A stretch of 19,521 bases of DNA from Azolla caroliniana (taxonomy: Eukaryota; Plantae; Polypodiophyta): positions 1-19,521 of the forward strand of contig JBHGNT010000599.1 in the NCBI GenBank assembly GCA_043228905.1, in the 5' to 3' direction. Position numbers and translations under genes: made by a program. Positions within the stretch are counted from its first letter, which is position 1. Each line of letters begins with the position of its first letter. A model generated the notes under the pieces. That model worked only from the letters and a program-made list of their open reading frames with translations. It was not told the origin of the DNA and searched no databases. This document shows positions 19,463 to 19,521 of this stretch, in pieces.

Positions 19463-19521
19463 AATACCAACCATTTGTTGACCTACTTTGTCGACTTGTA
19501 GCACCATTATGACTTCCCCTT
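19463..19521 (-). mobile_element. Upstream gag portion of the older copia remnant, continuing beyond the window
   Basis: Minus translation RGSHNGATSRQSRSTNGWY joins in frame through the TSD to CCKKGYREEDC below 12078. Confidence 0.7.

Overview
Plant nuclear genomic DNA; a seed-free plant such as a fern or lycophyte is suggested, by inference only, from the Tcn1-like chromovirus. The left half holds one intact two-exon minus-strand gene for an MFS glycerol-3-phosphate permease / vacuolar phosphate efflux transporter (G3Pp/VPE, SLC37/GlpT family; join 5941..4699 + 4536..3980, possibly starting at 6142). Its promoter has three perfect P1BS motifs within 67 bp, and a GAA/CTT hairpin encloses an upstream in-frame ATG. 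The right half is a retrotransposon nest. A complete but decayed Tnt1/Tork-like Ty1-copia (12083..19462, minus, TSD AATAC) sits in the gag zinc knuckle of an older copia and itself carries an internally deleted Tcn1-like Ty3-gypsy chromovirus (15617..17866, plus, TSD CTATG). A plus-strand copia fragment is split by a 941-bp solo LTR. The most unusual observation is a tRNA-like Pol III A-box/B-box module in both LTRs of the chromovirus. All alignments and counts were done by eye.
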